From: Neodothiora populina
Lineage: Eukaryota
Length of the DNA: 64,000 nt
Reading direction: 5' to 3'
NCBI RefSeq assembly: GCF_041146345.1
Contig: NW_027191408.1
Location: 1,054,001 to 1,118,000, forward strand
Shown: positions 1 through 11,573 of the stretch, piece after piece
How the letters are laid out: every line of letters starts with the position of its first letter
Position numbering within the stretch: the stretch's first letter is position 1
The notes under the pieces: generated by a model
What the model was told of the DNA's origin: nothing
Databases searched by the model: none
Seen by the model: the letters and a program-made list of their open reading frames with translations, nothing else
Program-made: the position numbers and the translations under genes

Positions 1-759
1 CAGGACCCAAGGATCTCGACTCGACGCGTGAGAGTGCTTTTATATTGCTTCATTGGAGATCACCTCGAATCGCATTACAGTACATTTACTTCATCCGACT
101 TGTACGAGTACAAGTATCTTCTGCTTCATCTGCCTGTGACGAAGATTATGCTGGCCTGAGTGCCTCAGCTGCAGTAGTGTGGCATCTCCGTTGAGCCGAC
201 GAAGCGTTCTTACTATAGTGCAGTACAACAATAAGCTACTTATATGTTGCTATGCCTTCCGAACCACGCGGACTCAAGACATGATCGAGGAGGACAAACT
301 AGAGTCATCTCCCTTCTGTTTGACAGCAACGGGACTTGGTCGAGCTACATATGTTGGTTGCAACCATGGAGCAGGTAAGATGTGTACTGTAGCTCAAGGT
401 ACTGTAAGATGCAGTATAAAGGCGAGCTCGGACCATACGGACAGCAGTGCGGAGGGGTCGAGCAAGGCAGAGAAAGATGGGATACAGAACAAGAATCAGT
501 CAAGCATCCAACTTGTCGATGGTGTGTGCGACAGTAATGCAGCATCTTTGTCTCTTTTCTCTGTCTCCGTTCCTGACATGCCATCGGCGAATTTCCTTTG
601 AATAAGGCAAAGCGGGGAGAACGTCTCGAAAAGTACACAACGTCAGCTTAACTAGACGAAGCAAAGAAGAAACCGTCATAGCAACGCAACAATAAGACCG
701 ACCCATTTCTTTCTCACTTGCACTTCAACCATCAAAACACAACAACAAAGGAAATAAAA

Positions 760-1455
760 ATGGCGTCAAACCCAACCCTAACACAAGTGATAACCTCAGC
801 CAACCAGCCGGACTTTGGCTTCCTGGTGATCAGAACAGGCGGGTACGGCGAGAAAGACTCTGAAGAGCAATGGGAGCTATGGGCGGACGAGTTCAGCAAC
901 ATTGTTGAAAAGTCCGTCCTGGACTGCTCTTCTTTTTCTTCATCAGCGACTGACAACGACATGATCAACAAACTCATGATCCCCATGATCGACGACCCGG
1001 AGCTCGACGGCGTCGACTACAAAGGCGTACGAAGCTTCTACGACGACTGTGGAGAAAACGACATGGTGCCGCCGGGCGTCGATGTGGGTTTCTGTCTCGC
1101 CGTCGACAGGGAAGCCATGGACTCGTTGTTGCGTCCTGCTGCAGAAGACAACAACAACAACAACAACAACAAGGAGCCGTGGGTCTGGGCCGTCGACACG
1201 GACTTCGAGGACGATGCAGAATCAGCAGAAGCAGCAGAAACGAAAGACTCATCGTACCCGGGCTACTTCCGCGTCGCCATCTCGACGCTGATGACAGAGT
1301 TCTACCCGGCTGTCGCGCAGATGATGCTAGACGATCAGAGCGTCGAGGACAACGAACAACAACAACAACAACAACAACAGGTGACGCTGCTGAAGAAGAC
1401 GAAGCTGTGGCAGGATGCCTCGCCCGTGTGGAAGAGTCGGCGCGCTGTGGCCTGA
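760..1455 (+). CDS. Hypothetical acidic protein with poly-N and poly-Q tracts
   Basis: Single-exon ORF. ATG at 760 is in an A-rich context (gaaataaaaATGG). Coding-like composition; CAA/AAC microsatellites are in frame. Confidence 0.7.
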   Translation: MASNPTLTQVITSANQPDFGFLVIRTGGYGEKDSEEQWELWADEFSNIVEKSVLDCSSFSSSATDNDMINKLMIPMIDDPELDGVDYKGVRSFYDDCGENDMVPPGVDVGFCLAVDREAMDSLLRPAAEDNNNNNNNKEPWVWAVDTDFEDDAESAEAAETKDSSYPGYFRVAISTLMTEFYPAVAQMMLDDQSVEDNEQQQQQQQQVTLLKKTKLWQDASPVWKSRRAVA

Positions 1456-1528
1456 AGGAAGGGGTTTTTTTTTCCGAAGTGCTCTAGCAAAGACATGAAT
1501 CGACCACGAAGAGCATTGAGAATGCGAG

Positions 1529-1530
<2 letters not shown>

Positions 1531-1561
<31 letters not shown>
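1531..1561. repeat. (CGA)10 microsatellite
   Basis: Directly visible perfect trinucleotide repeat. Confidence 0.95.
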
Positions 1562-2261
1562 TATGGATGAATGAATGTCGCACTTGCTCAATCTCGTCGA
1601 CGGACCTCCCAGCTTCCCTCAGCTGTTGTTCTTCTCAGCCTGAGGTCAAAGATCGACCATCGATCAGAGATTTGGGTGGATGTTTTCAAGACGAAAAAAA
1701 CGAGAGAGCCGACACGGCACGACTGCTCAGACTCGACTTCGCGACTCCGCGGCCTTGATCTGTATGCCCCATTCATCCATCTAACCCCCGACAATCATAT
1801 TGTTCACTCGGACCTCGACACAATATTCTCCATTTCGATGTTGTCTCCGCCGATGCACCGTTCTTGGACGATTTACGTTGTTCTTTCCTCGAATGATGGA
1901 TGCACGATTGAGCGCGCGAGGGACAGAGTCGGTGAGTCGAGGTCTTGATACGGAAGACAGAGGGTCAGTGAGGCAGCAAAGAGAGTGACTCGGCGAGGAG
2001 AGGAGCAGATGAGAGAGAGAAGAGGCCATTATTTCAATCTGAGCAGCACAAGCAGCAACGTAGAGACGGGAAATGTAATGATAGTCGCATCATCTTCTAC
2101 ATGTGATTAGACTTGGATAAGCTAGAGTAATCGAGATGGAGCGTGAAGAAGCGCATCTAGTGGCGTTTTCGTCATTTTGTATGTCTAACCATATACACGA
2201 CCTACTTGCATCCAACCCACCCCACTCCGCAGACCTCGACATGAAAGAAAAAGAAAATCCA

Positions 2262-5200
2262 CTACGAACAAGAAAAGCCCCTCATCAACTCGGCAAGACT
2301 GACGGGTTTGCGCACGGCATTACTGAAGCCTTCGTGGAACGTGATCCATATCCTGCCCTCGTTGCCGTTCTCCTCTTCTTCTTGTCTTTTTCTTGTCTTC
2401 TTCTTCTTGCTAGCTCCGCTTTCCCGATCTGTGCCTTCTGCTCCTGCGTCCTCTTCATTCTGATCCACTGACATCGTCGGAGCGGCGATGACGCGGCCGA
2501 AGAAGTCTCGTTTGAGTTTCTTTGCTTTCTTCGTGCCGTCGTTCAAGTCGGGGAGGATCGGCAGAGTCTCGGAACCATCACCACCATCCTCGTCGTCGCC
2601 GAGAGAGAAAAGCCCGCCTCGGTTCTTCCTCTGCACCTCTGCTATCCTCTTTTCTTCTCGGCTCAGTTCCTGCTCGAGCACCTGCCGCACGGCGAACCGC
2701 ACAGTCTCCTTGCTGGACGTCGACGAAGACGACAAAAGAGTCCCATACGACGTCGCTTCGTCCAAGGCGGGCTCCATGCGGTAAATCCACCCGCCGTGCT
2801 GAGCGGGGCCTGCCGACGACAAAGAAACGTCATACCCGACTCTGGAGCGTTCGAAGCGCACGCCTGAAGCCAGCATTGCGTTGACTGCGCGTGACACGAG
2901 GGCTTTCTCGCTCGCTTTGCGCACCGAGGCTGTCGCTCTGTCGGACCCGGAGCCGCCGACCAGGACGGGAGAAATGTTGGGGGACAGCAGTCGAGCCAGG
3001 TATGGGATGAATTCGATGGCGAGGTCGGTGGGCGAGGGGTACATTCGAGTCAATGGCAGTGCCAGACTTGACCGTAGAGACTCGAGCAGCGCAGTAGTCT
3101 GCTTTTGTGCCTCGTGGGCTTGATATGACGCTTGTGGTCCCGAAAACGGCAGCGGTTCCGAGTCTTCGTCTGCGTCTTCGCCGTCTTTGCTGTAGCTTGC
3201 ACCCATGGCGAAACGAGACTGAGTGGGCGTGGCGAAGAGATTGTGAAAGGCGAGAATGGGCGATGAGAGATAAGGTGCCAGTTCCCATTCTGTGTTTCCA
3301 AAGACTCTCGACGACAATGTGTCGCCGAAGTGTAACCACTCGTAAGCCTGTCCGGGTTTCGACAAGAACGTGTCATCTTGAAAGGGTCGGGAGGGATAGG
3401 CCGTGAAGCAATCCGTCATGATGCGATCCGAGGACTCTGATGTGCTGATCATTCCTGCCAGTCTGGCCATTGTCTGGCGTTTCTGTGCTTCTGCAACACC
3501 CTTGACGCCAGATATCGAAGCGGCAATGGTGGGATTCGGCGCAGTCAAGGCGGCTTTGGCGAAGCCTGCTCCTTGCTGGAAAACACGTTCGACGACTTCC
3601 TTGGGACCGCCGCGACCGAGACCTCTTGCGGAACCGCCTCCGTGGGCCAGGTCTGCCAGGACGGTCTGTTCGATCCACCGACGGGTCAGGCGCTGCATCG
3701 AGTTCGCTGTGGGGTCAGCGGTGGCTTTCAACTTGCCAGCGACCCATTCGGCGACTACCAGGATGCCTCTGATGTCTCCCTCGCTGGTGCTGCTGCTGCT
3801 GCCGGCGCCGCCCTCTTTCCTGCTGGTGATCCCCCAGGCGGCTTCACACAGTCTGCGGACACCGTCGGTGTCGAAAGGGATGCGCTCCTTGTCGAAGATG
3901 GCCTGCATGCGTGCGATGACGTTGCTGATGGCCGGCTTCCTCACATGTATGATCTCGGCGATTGTACTCTGTCGGAGAGGGCGAAGCGCGGGATGGTAGA
4001 CGTCGTTGCAGATCAGGATGAGCGGGCGCAGGAGGCGGAAATCATCTCCCTTTTTGGTTTTCTTGTTGGTCTGTTGCTGAGAAGGCAGGTCGGAGCAGTT
4101 GCGCTGGTCGAGATGGACAAGGTCCACAAGTGCCTTGATGAAGCCGCCTTCACCACCGCCGCCGCCGCCGCCGCCACCGCCAGAACTTCCACCCACGACG
4201 CCATCGACCTCGTCGACAATGACACAGACAGGTCGGGCGGCTCTGGTGACATTTCCGGTGGCCGACTTGCAGTCGAAGCCGTTCTTGACGTTTTCTGTAC
4301 CCGCCATGTCTCTGATGCGACCCCTGACAACGTTGCTGCTGCGCTCGTCACTGGCGTTGATTTCCTGGACTTCGTAGCCCGCCTGACGAGCGCAGACGTG
4401 GGCCAGGGTCGTCTTGCCCAGACCAGGAGGGCCGGTCAGCAGAAGAAGCTTTCTGCGAGGACGCTCTTCCGCAGCCTGACGATCTTTGTTCTTCTTCGAC
4501 TTTGGTCTGGCGGACCCGGGAAAGACAATGTCGTCCCAGCGCTTGAGCCAATGCATGACGGACCTGTGCGTCCTGTCGTCTCCGACCAGATCGGTGAACT
4601 TGCGGGCACGGTACTTCTCCGTCCACATCAGCGTCCTGCGTTGCCGTTGCCCAGGGGCAGGGAGTTCGACAGAGGGTAACGCTGCTTGCTGTCTCGAGGG
4701 TCTCTGGGCAGCGTCAATCTGGGATTCTGCTCTGGCCTCGTTGATCAGATTGTGAATGTCTATGCCGTAGTAGCTCCTCTGGGCTCTGCCGGCGACGACT
4801 GTCGAACGAGCGGCGATTGTCTGCTCGTAAGAGAGAGACTCGGTGGGTTGTGCATGTGTCAGGGGATATGTCTTGCCGGAGTTTGTCCTGACGGTGACTC
4901 GAGGGGCGTTTGAGGTGGTTGTTGTTGTTGTTGTTGTTGTTGTAGTAGTAGCAGCAAAAGGAGAGGATTGACGAGGTAGAGCGGTTGTGGGCAGAGGTTG
5001 AGCGAAGATGGATGGACCCAGGGCAGGAGGTTGCCGAGTTGTGGGTTGTTTGAGCGCCTCGTAGTGCTCCTGCTCTCTCATCGCCTGCTCGGCCTCGTCG
5101 TCAGAATCGTGCGCGTCCGAGAGCTCGAGGAAGGCGCTGGCGTGGGGAGCGGCATTGGGAGCGATCTGGCGCAAGGGAGAGGTGACTCGGTCGTGTGGGT

Positions 5201-5318
5201 GAGGTGCAGAAGAGGAGGGCGGGTAGGCTGGAGGAGAGGAGACGAAGGGCACTGGCATCATGGATTCGTCTTCTTGTTTCCTGACGGGTTGGCTGGAAGG
5301 CAGGACTGTGCTTGGCAT
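2262..5318 (-). CDS. CTF18: Chromosome transmission fidelity protein 18 (RFC-like clamp loader AAA+ subunit); may extend 5' to ATG 5490
   Basis: WTEKY motif, Walker A GPPGLGKT, EINASD, Walker B VIVDEVDG, RPLILICND, and a C-terminal WITFHEGFSNAVRKP typical of Ctf18. Confidence 0.93.
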   Translation of the reverse strand: MPSTVLPSSQPVRKQEDESMMPVPFVSSPPAYPPSSSAPHPHDRVTSPLRQIAPNAAPHASAFLELSDAHDSDDEAEQAMREQEHYEALKQPTTRQPPALGPSIFAQPLPTTALPRQSSPFAATTTTTTTTTTTTSNAPRVTVRTNSGKTYPLTHAQPTESLSYEQTIAARSTVVAGRAQRSYYGIDIHNLINEARAESQIDAAQRPSRQQAALPSVELPAPGQRQRRTLMWTEKYRARKFTDLVGDDRTHRSVMHWLKRWDDIVFPGSARPKSKKNKDRQAAEERPRRKLLLLTGPPGLGKTTLAHVCARQAGYEVQEINASDERSSNVVRGRIRDMAGTENVKNGFDCKSATGNVTRAARPVCVIVDEVDGVVGGSSGGGGGGGGGGEGGFIKALVDLVHLDQRNCSDLPSQQQTNKKTKKGDDFRLLRPLILICNDVYHPALRPLRQSTIAEIIHVRKPAISNVIARMQAIFDKERIPFDTDGVRRLCEAAWGITSRKEGGAGSSSSTSEGDIRGILVVAEWVAGKLKATADPTANSMQRLTRRWIEQTVLADLAHGGGSARGLGRGGPKEVVERVFQQGAGFAKAALTAPNPTIAASISGVKGVAEAQKRQTMARLAGMISTSESSDRIMTDCFTAYPSRPFQDDTFLSKPGQAYEWLHFGDTLSSRVFGNTEWELAPYLSSPILAFHNLFATPTQSRFAMGASYSKDGEDADEDSEPLPFSGPQASYQAHEAQKQTTALLESLRSSLALPLTRMYPSPTDLAIEFIPYLARLLSPNISPVLVGGSGSDRATASVRKASEKALVSRAVNAMLASGVRFERSRVGYDVSLSSAGPAQHGGWIYRMEPALDEATSYGTLLSSSSTSSKETVRFAVRQVLEQELSREEKRIAEVQRKNRGGLFSLGDDEDGGDGSETLPILPDLNDGTKKAKKLKRDFFGRVIAAPTMSVDQNEEDAGAEGTDRESGASKKKKTRKRQEEEENGNEGRIWITFHEGFSNAVRKPVSLAELMRGFSCS

Positions 5319-5628
5319 CAGTTCTCTGCTATACAGCTACACAACGAAGATGCAAGTGGCGCTTCTTGTGTGCTGCGGTCTCTGCTTCCTGTTGGTGGAA
5401 GGCGTCTGTGTCGTCGGAGAAAGAGGAGGGTGGTGCAGTGTATAATTCGGCGGGATCGACGCTGTCTGGGAACTGGTTGTGGTCACTCATCTGCCGCTGT
5501 CATTTTTGTCTAGATCTGTTTCCACAAGTCGTCGAGTACAGCAAGAGTCGTGCAAGAATATCGATATAGCGAAAGTGAAGCGTGACATTTGACAGTTACC
5601 CAGAGCAGCGCCAAGACTTTTCGACGTG

Positions 5629-5635
5629 TTCGCGT
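5629..5635 (-). promoter_or_regulatory. MCB-like element (ACGCGAA) upstream of CTF18
   Basis: ttcgcgt on + strand, upstream of an S-phase gene. Short motif that could occur by chance. Confidence 0.3.
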
Positions 5636-6158
5636 CTGAGGCTCTCGCGGGATCGACGAGAAACATTACCCGAACAGGTTTGACTGTCGGGCACGGGGCT
5701 CTTTCCCTCTTTTCCCCAGCCGGATCACTCTGATTATCTCTTGTGCGAGTACTCCGTAATGCAATCTATTTCCTCTATATTTCCTCTGCATTTCCTGGCT
5801 CTCGTCCTCGTCGAGTGCTTAAGATCAGAGACCGAGAAACACTCGACTTTTCTTCTGGAATGCCATGCGCTGCAGCAGCCGTTGCGCCCTTGCTCCTCCT
5901 TTGCCTGTCCTAGGTACCTGAGCTACCTGGCTAGTGCATACCTTTGTAGTCCCTAGCTGAGCCACAAGTGCATTCCTCGTGTTTGTTGTTATTGTTGTTC
6001 CATTGTTGTCATTGCCGTCCATGACGTTATAGATACATAGCGTATATATCAGGTCAGGTCGCATGGGCTACTCGTACAGCAACAACACATGCCGTCGCCT
6101 GCCTCCAGTATTCGAACGCGACTTTGCCTACGCGGACAGCGTGCCTGTCCTCTTGCGC

Positions 6159-7668
6159 ATGGCCACGACTACCAGCATCGCCGACACTCCAGCGCGCTCC
6201 TTTGCCGAGTATGTCTTGACTCCTCTCTTGCAAGAAAGCAAACATGAAAACTCACCTCCCAAAAAGGCTCGTCTGCGGTCCGACGATAGACTTCTTCATC
6301 GGTCCCCAGCGCCGACAATGGTCCATCCATCGCAACCTCCTCTGCTACCATTCTCCCTACTTCGATGCCGAATTCATGCATGACGAGGCCCAGCAACATC
6401 GACAGCTCGACTTGCCCGACGAGGATCCTGCCGGCTTCGAGTTGCTGGTCAAATGGCTGTACCAGGGGCGCCTCGACGACATGACGGGGCTGACCGACGA
6501 CAAGAAATACGACTATTCCGTCGCATGCCACAAGCTGTACATGCTCTGCGACAAGTTCCATCTGCCGCTCAAGAACGAAGCCATCGACCGCTACCGTCAG
6601 GGACTCCAAGAGGCCCAGCTCGTCCCCGACGCCGAAGAGATCAACGACATCTACCGTCGCGCCCCTGCCGCCTCGCCCTTCCGCAAGCTCATGGCCCGCA
6701 TCGCAGCCCGCCAGATGATGGATCCCGACACGGAAAAGGACGCCGAGAGCTACCGCCTGTGTTTCGAGGACAATGCCGATTTCGCCGTCGACCTGGTCAA
6801 TGCCATCAAGGCCGGCGCTGGCGGTGTGCTGTTCGACGACCCCACCGAGGGCAATCGGTGCGACTACCATGACCACTCGCCAGGCCAACGCTGCAACATG
6901 GTCACAGCCGCCTCTGTCGCTGCGCCTGCGCCTGCGCCTGCGCCTGCGCCTGCTCCTGCTACTGCCACCGCTGCCGCTGCCACCACCACAACCTCGATCA
7001 AAGGCAAAGGTAAAACCTGACTTTCATTCCCATCTCTCCACCTTGTCCCTTCTTCCATCCCGATAATGACGATTCAAGGTCGGTTGATTCCATCTCCCAG
7101 GCCTCGAACCCCACCTCAGCCCGCCCAAGCGCTTTCTGTCACGCAGGACAAAGGCAACCGAATCCGCCCCGGCAATCACCTTTCCAACCCATCCCTCAGA
7201 CCACAAGCCCGTCTTTCTGCACAGTCGAAGCCACAGCCGCTCGTCAACGGACGCCGACAGCAACAGCAACCACTCCCGCCGCCGCCGCGACTCGACAGAG
7301 TCAACCGAGTCGTCGGCGGCACACAGCGATACCAGCTCGTCCGCGACAAACCTGTCAGGAGAGACTCTGTGCACTCCGGCCTCTCCAACATCTCCAACAA
7401 TGGAAAACCACAATCACAGTCGCGAGAACCTCGAGCCGTCACAAACACAAGAGCAGGACGGGACACAAGACCCGAAGAAGAAAAGAAAAAAGTCTCCTCG
7501 AAAGTTGAAAGTCCTTACTCGAGCGGCAGTGGATCCTCCAGCGGATCATGGAGCAGCAACGGTGGCACCACAGACGACACCTCTCCAGACGCCTCGAGTC
7601 CCAGTCCGACCAAGCGAAAACAACCCCCTAAGCTACGTCGACGCCCAGAGGCGCAAGCTTCCCCGTGA
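6159..7668 (+). CDS. BTB/POZ domain protein with low-complexity C-terminal tail (3 exons)
   Basis: Introns 6209-6266 (GTATGT..ctcac..AAG) and 7010-7078 join MATTTSIADTPARSFAE, the BTB ORF (WSIHRNLLCYHSPYF...LPDEDPAGFELLVKWLYQG...CDYHDH) and the 7066-7668 ORF in frame. An upstream in-frame ATG at 6063 is possible. Confidence 0.85.
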
Positions 7669-8121
7669 GGGTGACCCATCGGAGCTCAAGAGCAGAGGGT
7701 TATGGGATTACTGGAGGGGGAGGGAAGCGACGGCCTGATGCTTTTTTTCTTTTCTTTTTGCATTTCTGGTCACTTCTTCTTCCTCGATTGTCTTTGGTCA
7801 TCAGTCCAGTTGGAAATACCTTTTCTCTTTCTTCGCTCCGGCTTTTTCTCATGGATAGATACCCCCGCCCGTCTCTTGTCTGTTTCATCTACTTTTATTG
7901 TATCTCATGATCATACAACATGTCACGACCAATGACTCCCGTTCATCTACCCGTGTCAATATCGTCAGCGCACGATATCCTCGTAGAGACATACACACAG
8001 ATACTGGTGAGATTGACCCCCAAGAACAACAGTGTGCTTGGGTACAGCGTTGCTCCAATTTCTCTGTCCTTTTCATCGTCAAACTCAATAATAGTATAAT
8101 ATACATCTCGTCTCTCCTTCA

Positions 8122-8125
<4 letters not shown>

Positions 8126-8165
<40 letters not shown>
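8126..8165. repeat. (TC)20 microsatellite
   Basis: Perfect dinucleotide run between convergent genes. Confidence 0.95.
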
Positions 8166-8166
<1 letters not shown>

Positions 8167-8244
8167 AAACCAGCGCAATCTCCAACAGAAAAGCAAGTAT
8201 GAGAAACAATCAAAACCAAGTATATTAAAAAAAAAAGGGGCGCG

Positions 8245-10417
8245 CTAATGATTCTTAGGCAAAAGCCACCTGCCCTTGCCATCCCTGAACACTTCGTCTT
8301 CAGTACCATCGCAGATATCATCATACCTCAACCAGCGCCGCTCGATCACCGTGCGCGCGCCGCCCTTCCAGTCCTCTGGGTTCCACCACTGCTTGACGCC
8401 CGACTCCCACGCCGCCTGTGGCTGGGCTGGCAGAGGCACGGCAGCAGAGACGGGCATGGTGGCGTCGAAGTCGTCGACGACAGAGACTGTTGTTTCGGTG
8501 GAGTTGGGCGGAGACAAGGCCGTCACGGGGTAGGTGCCGCTCGTGACGGCGACGACGCCCATGGGCGCGTAGATCTGCGCTGTGAAGAGGGTGCGCGCGT
8601 GTTTCTGGAACCACATCCTGTCCCACCATTTGCGGCGGAGGTCGTCGGAGCCGCCGCGAGGCAGGATCAGAGTCACGGGGGATATGCCCGTCACGACGTC
8701 CGTCAGCAGGGGTACTTCGCTCCATTTGGCGGAGCGGGGCAGCGGGTTTTCTTCGCTGAAGGTCCAGAACGGGGGCACGGTTGTGGCGATGTCTGGCGAG
8801 GGCGTGTCGATTTTCAGAGGTGATGAGGATTGCGAGATGGATAGGTGTTCGTTTGCCGTGTAGATTCTTGAGGCGTCGTTTAGTGGGATCCAGGATAGCG
8901 TGCCGTCTTCGCCGCCGTATTTTGTTGTTGTGGTCTCTGATGGGGACGACGCGACGTACGCTAGCTTGCTCTCGTAGTCTAGGCCGATGCCGAACTCGAG
9001 CGATGTGACGTTGCGCGTCTGCACGGATGCAATGTCTGCGGGCTTGTATGCTGAGCTTTTGGCTGACGAAGAAGATGAAAAAGCGCGGCCGAGCCAGGAC
9101 CTTGACGACTGATGCAGTAGCTCTCGGTGGATCTCTTGGTCGCCGTAGATTTGTCCCATGATGCGGTGGATGTCTTGGTTGTCGCCGTTCTGTTGCATGC
9201 GGTGAGCCACCTGGGCGTATAGTGCACGCAGGGCTTTTGCGCTGCCGATGATAAAGTCAGAGTTCAGATATCGCGGACGAGTGGTCTGCGGGGTTTTGTC
9301 CGTGTCCGAGCCGTAGGTTGATGTTGGCAAGATGGATTCAGGGGCTGCGTAACAAGCTGCCTCCTCCTTCGTCCAGGGGTCACAGGTCCTTTGCGCCGCG
9401 AAGACGATCTCTTGGTGGATGTGGTACGAGTCTGAGCCTAGTTGCTTGACGATACGCTCGTCTGCCTTGCTGTTGATGTCGAAATAACGCGACAACAGTG
9501 TCTGCGGTCTCAATTGAAACCACTGAAAATGCAAGTCAGCCGTCTGTATACCTATCACACGAGCATCATTATATGAGACGCAAGCTACTCACAGTGTTGT
9601 ATCCATCAACAATAAGCACTACGTCTTGATCCGCGCGCTTCTTCAGATACTTCTGCACATGTGCGACTCGGTCGCTAGCAGAGTACTTGTGACCCTCTTC
9701 GTGTCCCTTGGCAGGTTCCTCCCACCCGAGGATCGACGGATTGGTATAGCCCAGAGCCCCTGAGCTCACTATGTTCTTACATAGATTTGAGTCTGCCTTT
9801 GGCGCAGAGGATAGCAAATGTAGAAAGCTCGGCGGCAACCTGTCTGTGCTTATGACTGCATGGCCCGATGAGCCTGATAGTGAGTGGCCCTAGGTGTAGA
9901 GTTAGTTACTGTGCGCAAGACTCTGGACCAATTGGCAAGGAAGATCTTTCGGTTCCCGAAGCTGCCGAGAGCAATGTAGTCTCTTCGTCTCTGATGGATA
10001 GCAAACATCATGTGCATTCAGACACACATGACAGCGTACAGGAACAAGCTGCTGCAGACAGCTTAGATATCTAGCTGTCAGAAGCGGCATCCAGAGTGGC
10101 GTGTCCTGCCTCCACCAATATTGACCCGAGCATATCACTCCCTTTCCTCGTATTCTCTACCATGCTGCCCGCGCAAGCCAGAAACCAAAAGATCCGCTCA
10201 AAGACACAAACGCCAAACGACTAACAAGATATGGACTCACAAGAAGGTACAAAAACAGCAAGAAAGCGGCCGTGCCTGCTCCCAGAATGATATTACGAGT
10301 CTTCGAACTTTTGTCCTTGAGTGTAGTGAAAACGCTACTGGCACCAACGAGCTGGTAGCGAGGACTGTCACCACCGCTGGATCCCACGGCTTCCTTGATC
10401 TTGCTCCAAGTCTCCAT
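8245..10417 (-). CDS. Type II membrane protein with PLOD/LH3-like glycosyltransferase-like domain, degenerate motifs (about 583 aa, 3 exons)
   Basis: Exons 10417-10241, 9889-9593 and 9522-8245 join in phase 0. N-terminal TM segment IILGAGTAAFLLFLYLL. Motifs LIVDGYNTWFQL, IVFAAQRTCDP and RYLNSDFIIG. Clear paralog of 17039-18603. Confidence 0.75.
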
Positions 10418-11573
10418 GGTCGTATATCAAGTATAAGTATAGTGTGCTAGTCCAGAGAAAGCCAAAAAGGGCGCTCCCGTCGTATAGCAAGCTTCAGAAA
10501 ATATTATAGAGTCAACGCAATAAACATCACCTGTCGCAACCGACAGAAGTAAAAGAATGTAAAGTGTCGTCGCTAGTCGTACTCGGTAAACCTGAACAAC
10601 CTCTTTCTTCAAGAAAGCAGGCGCCGATGTCGATCTTGTTGAAACTGTATATCGCCAACAAGAGAAAGACAAATTTACGGATAGACAAGCAGCAACGGGG
10701 CCCAGATGTTTTGGACTTCCCTAATCTCAGATAAGGGTTAAAAGAGAACGGGTGGGCTTGCGGCTGACGGACAAATGTCCAGTATTGTAGCTGCGTACAA
10801 GTACAACCACCCCCTTCGTCGCGTCGGCGTTGTGCTGAAACCCCTTTAGCCCACATGGCCTCATCGTTTTAGCGACTTCGACTCGCTCGCCAAGAATCTT
10901 TTGACTCCTGGTAGCCCCGAGTTAACCGATGATATGCTTACTGCACTATGCATCTGAGGCGTCCGGGCGGATAGACGAGCCTAAGACCTGACAGAGCCCA
11001 AGAGCAAAGACGCCTCGCCCAGCAGAAGCTATTCCCACAGTAGCGCAAGGGGACGCCCGTTCCTTTCCAACGGCCAAGAACGTTCCGAGCGTTTCGATTA
11101 ATTAGAGCATATCACTCTGCTGTTTTCGATAGTGTTCACCGTGCCGAGCTGCGATAGCAGTGCCGCTCAATGGGTTTGTCTTCGAGTTGTGCTTGCTGTT
11201 AGCTGATGGTGCAAACTCCTCGAGTAATAGAGAAGCTTGGGTAGATAGCTTGGTCATTTTGCCAAGGCAAGTTTTGCGAGTCAAGATACGAGGTCTGGTG
11301 GGAAGCTATCAAGGTCGCGTGCCTATCTATGGCAACAAAGTTAGATGGAGGGGCATGTGGGGAGATGTTTCGGTTGATGTTCGCCAGCGATAAGAATCGC
11401 GTAAGTTACCCAAGGAGTATAGACGAATTATGGAAACAAGTTATGGAAATATAATGATACAGAGCTATCTGCCTAATTTATGAAGTATGTAAAAAAAAAA
11501 ATCAAAGGCGCCCAATCTTTAAAAACGTCAAAAGATCATTATATAATTAAGAACAAAATGAGGCATCACTCGT

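Noticed and set aside
179..706. Short ORFs at the window start
   Set aside because: No motifs or codon bias; likely upstream region of the 760 gene.
3573..4679. 368-aa + strand ORF
   Set aside because: Antisense shadow of CTF18 with no recognisable motifs.
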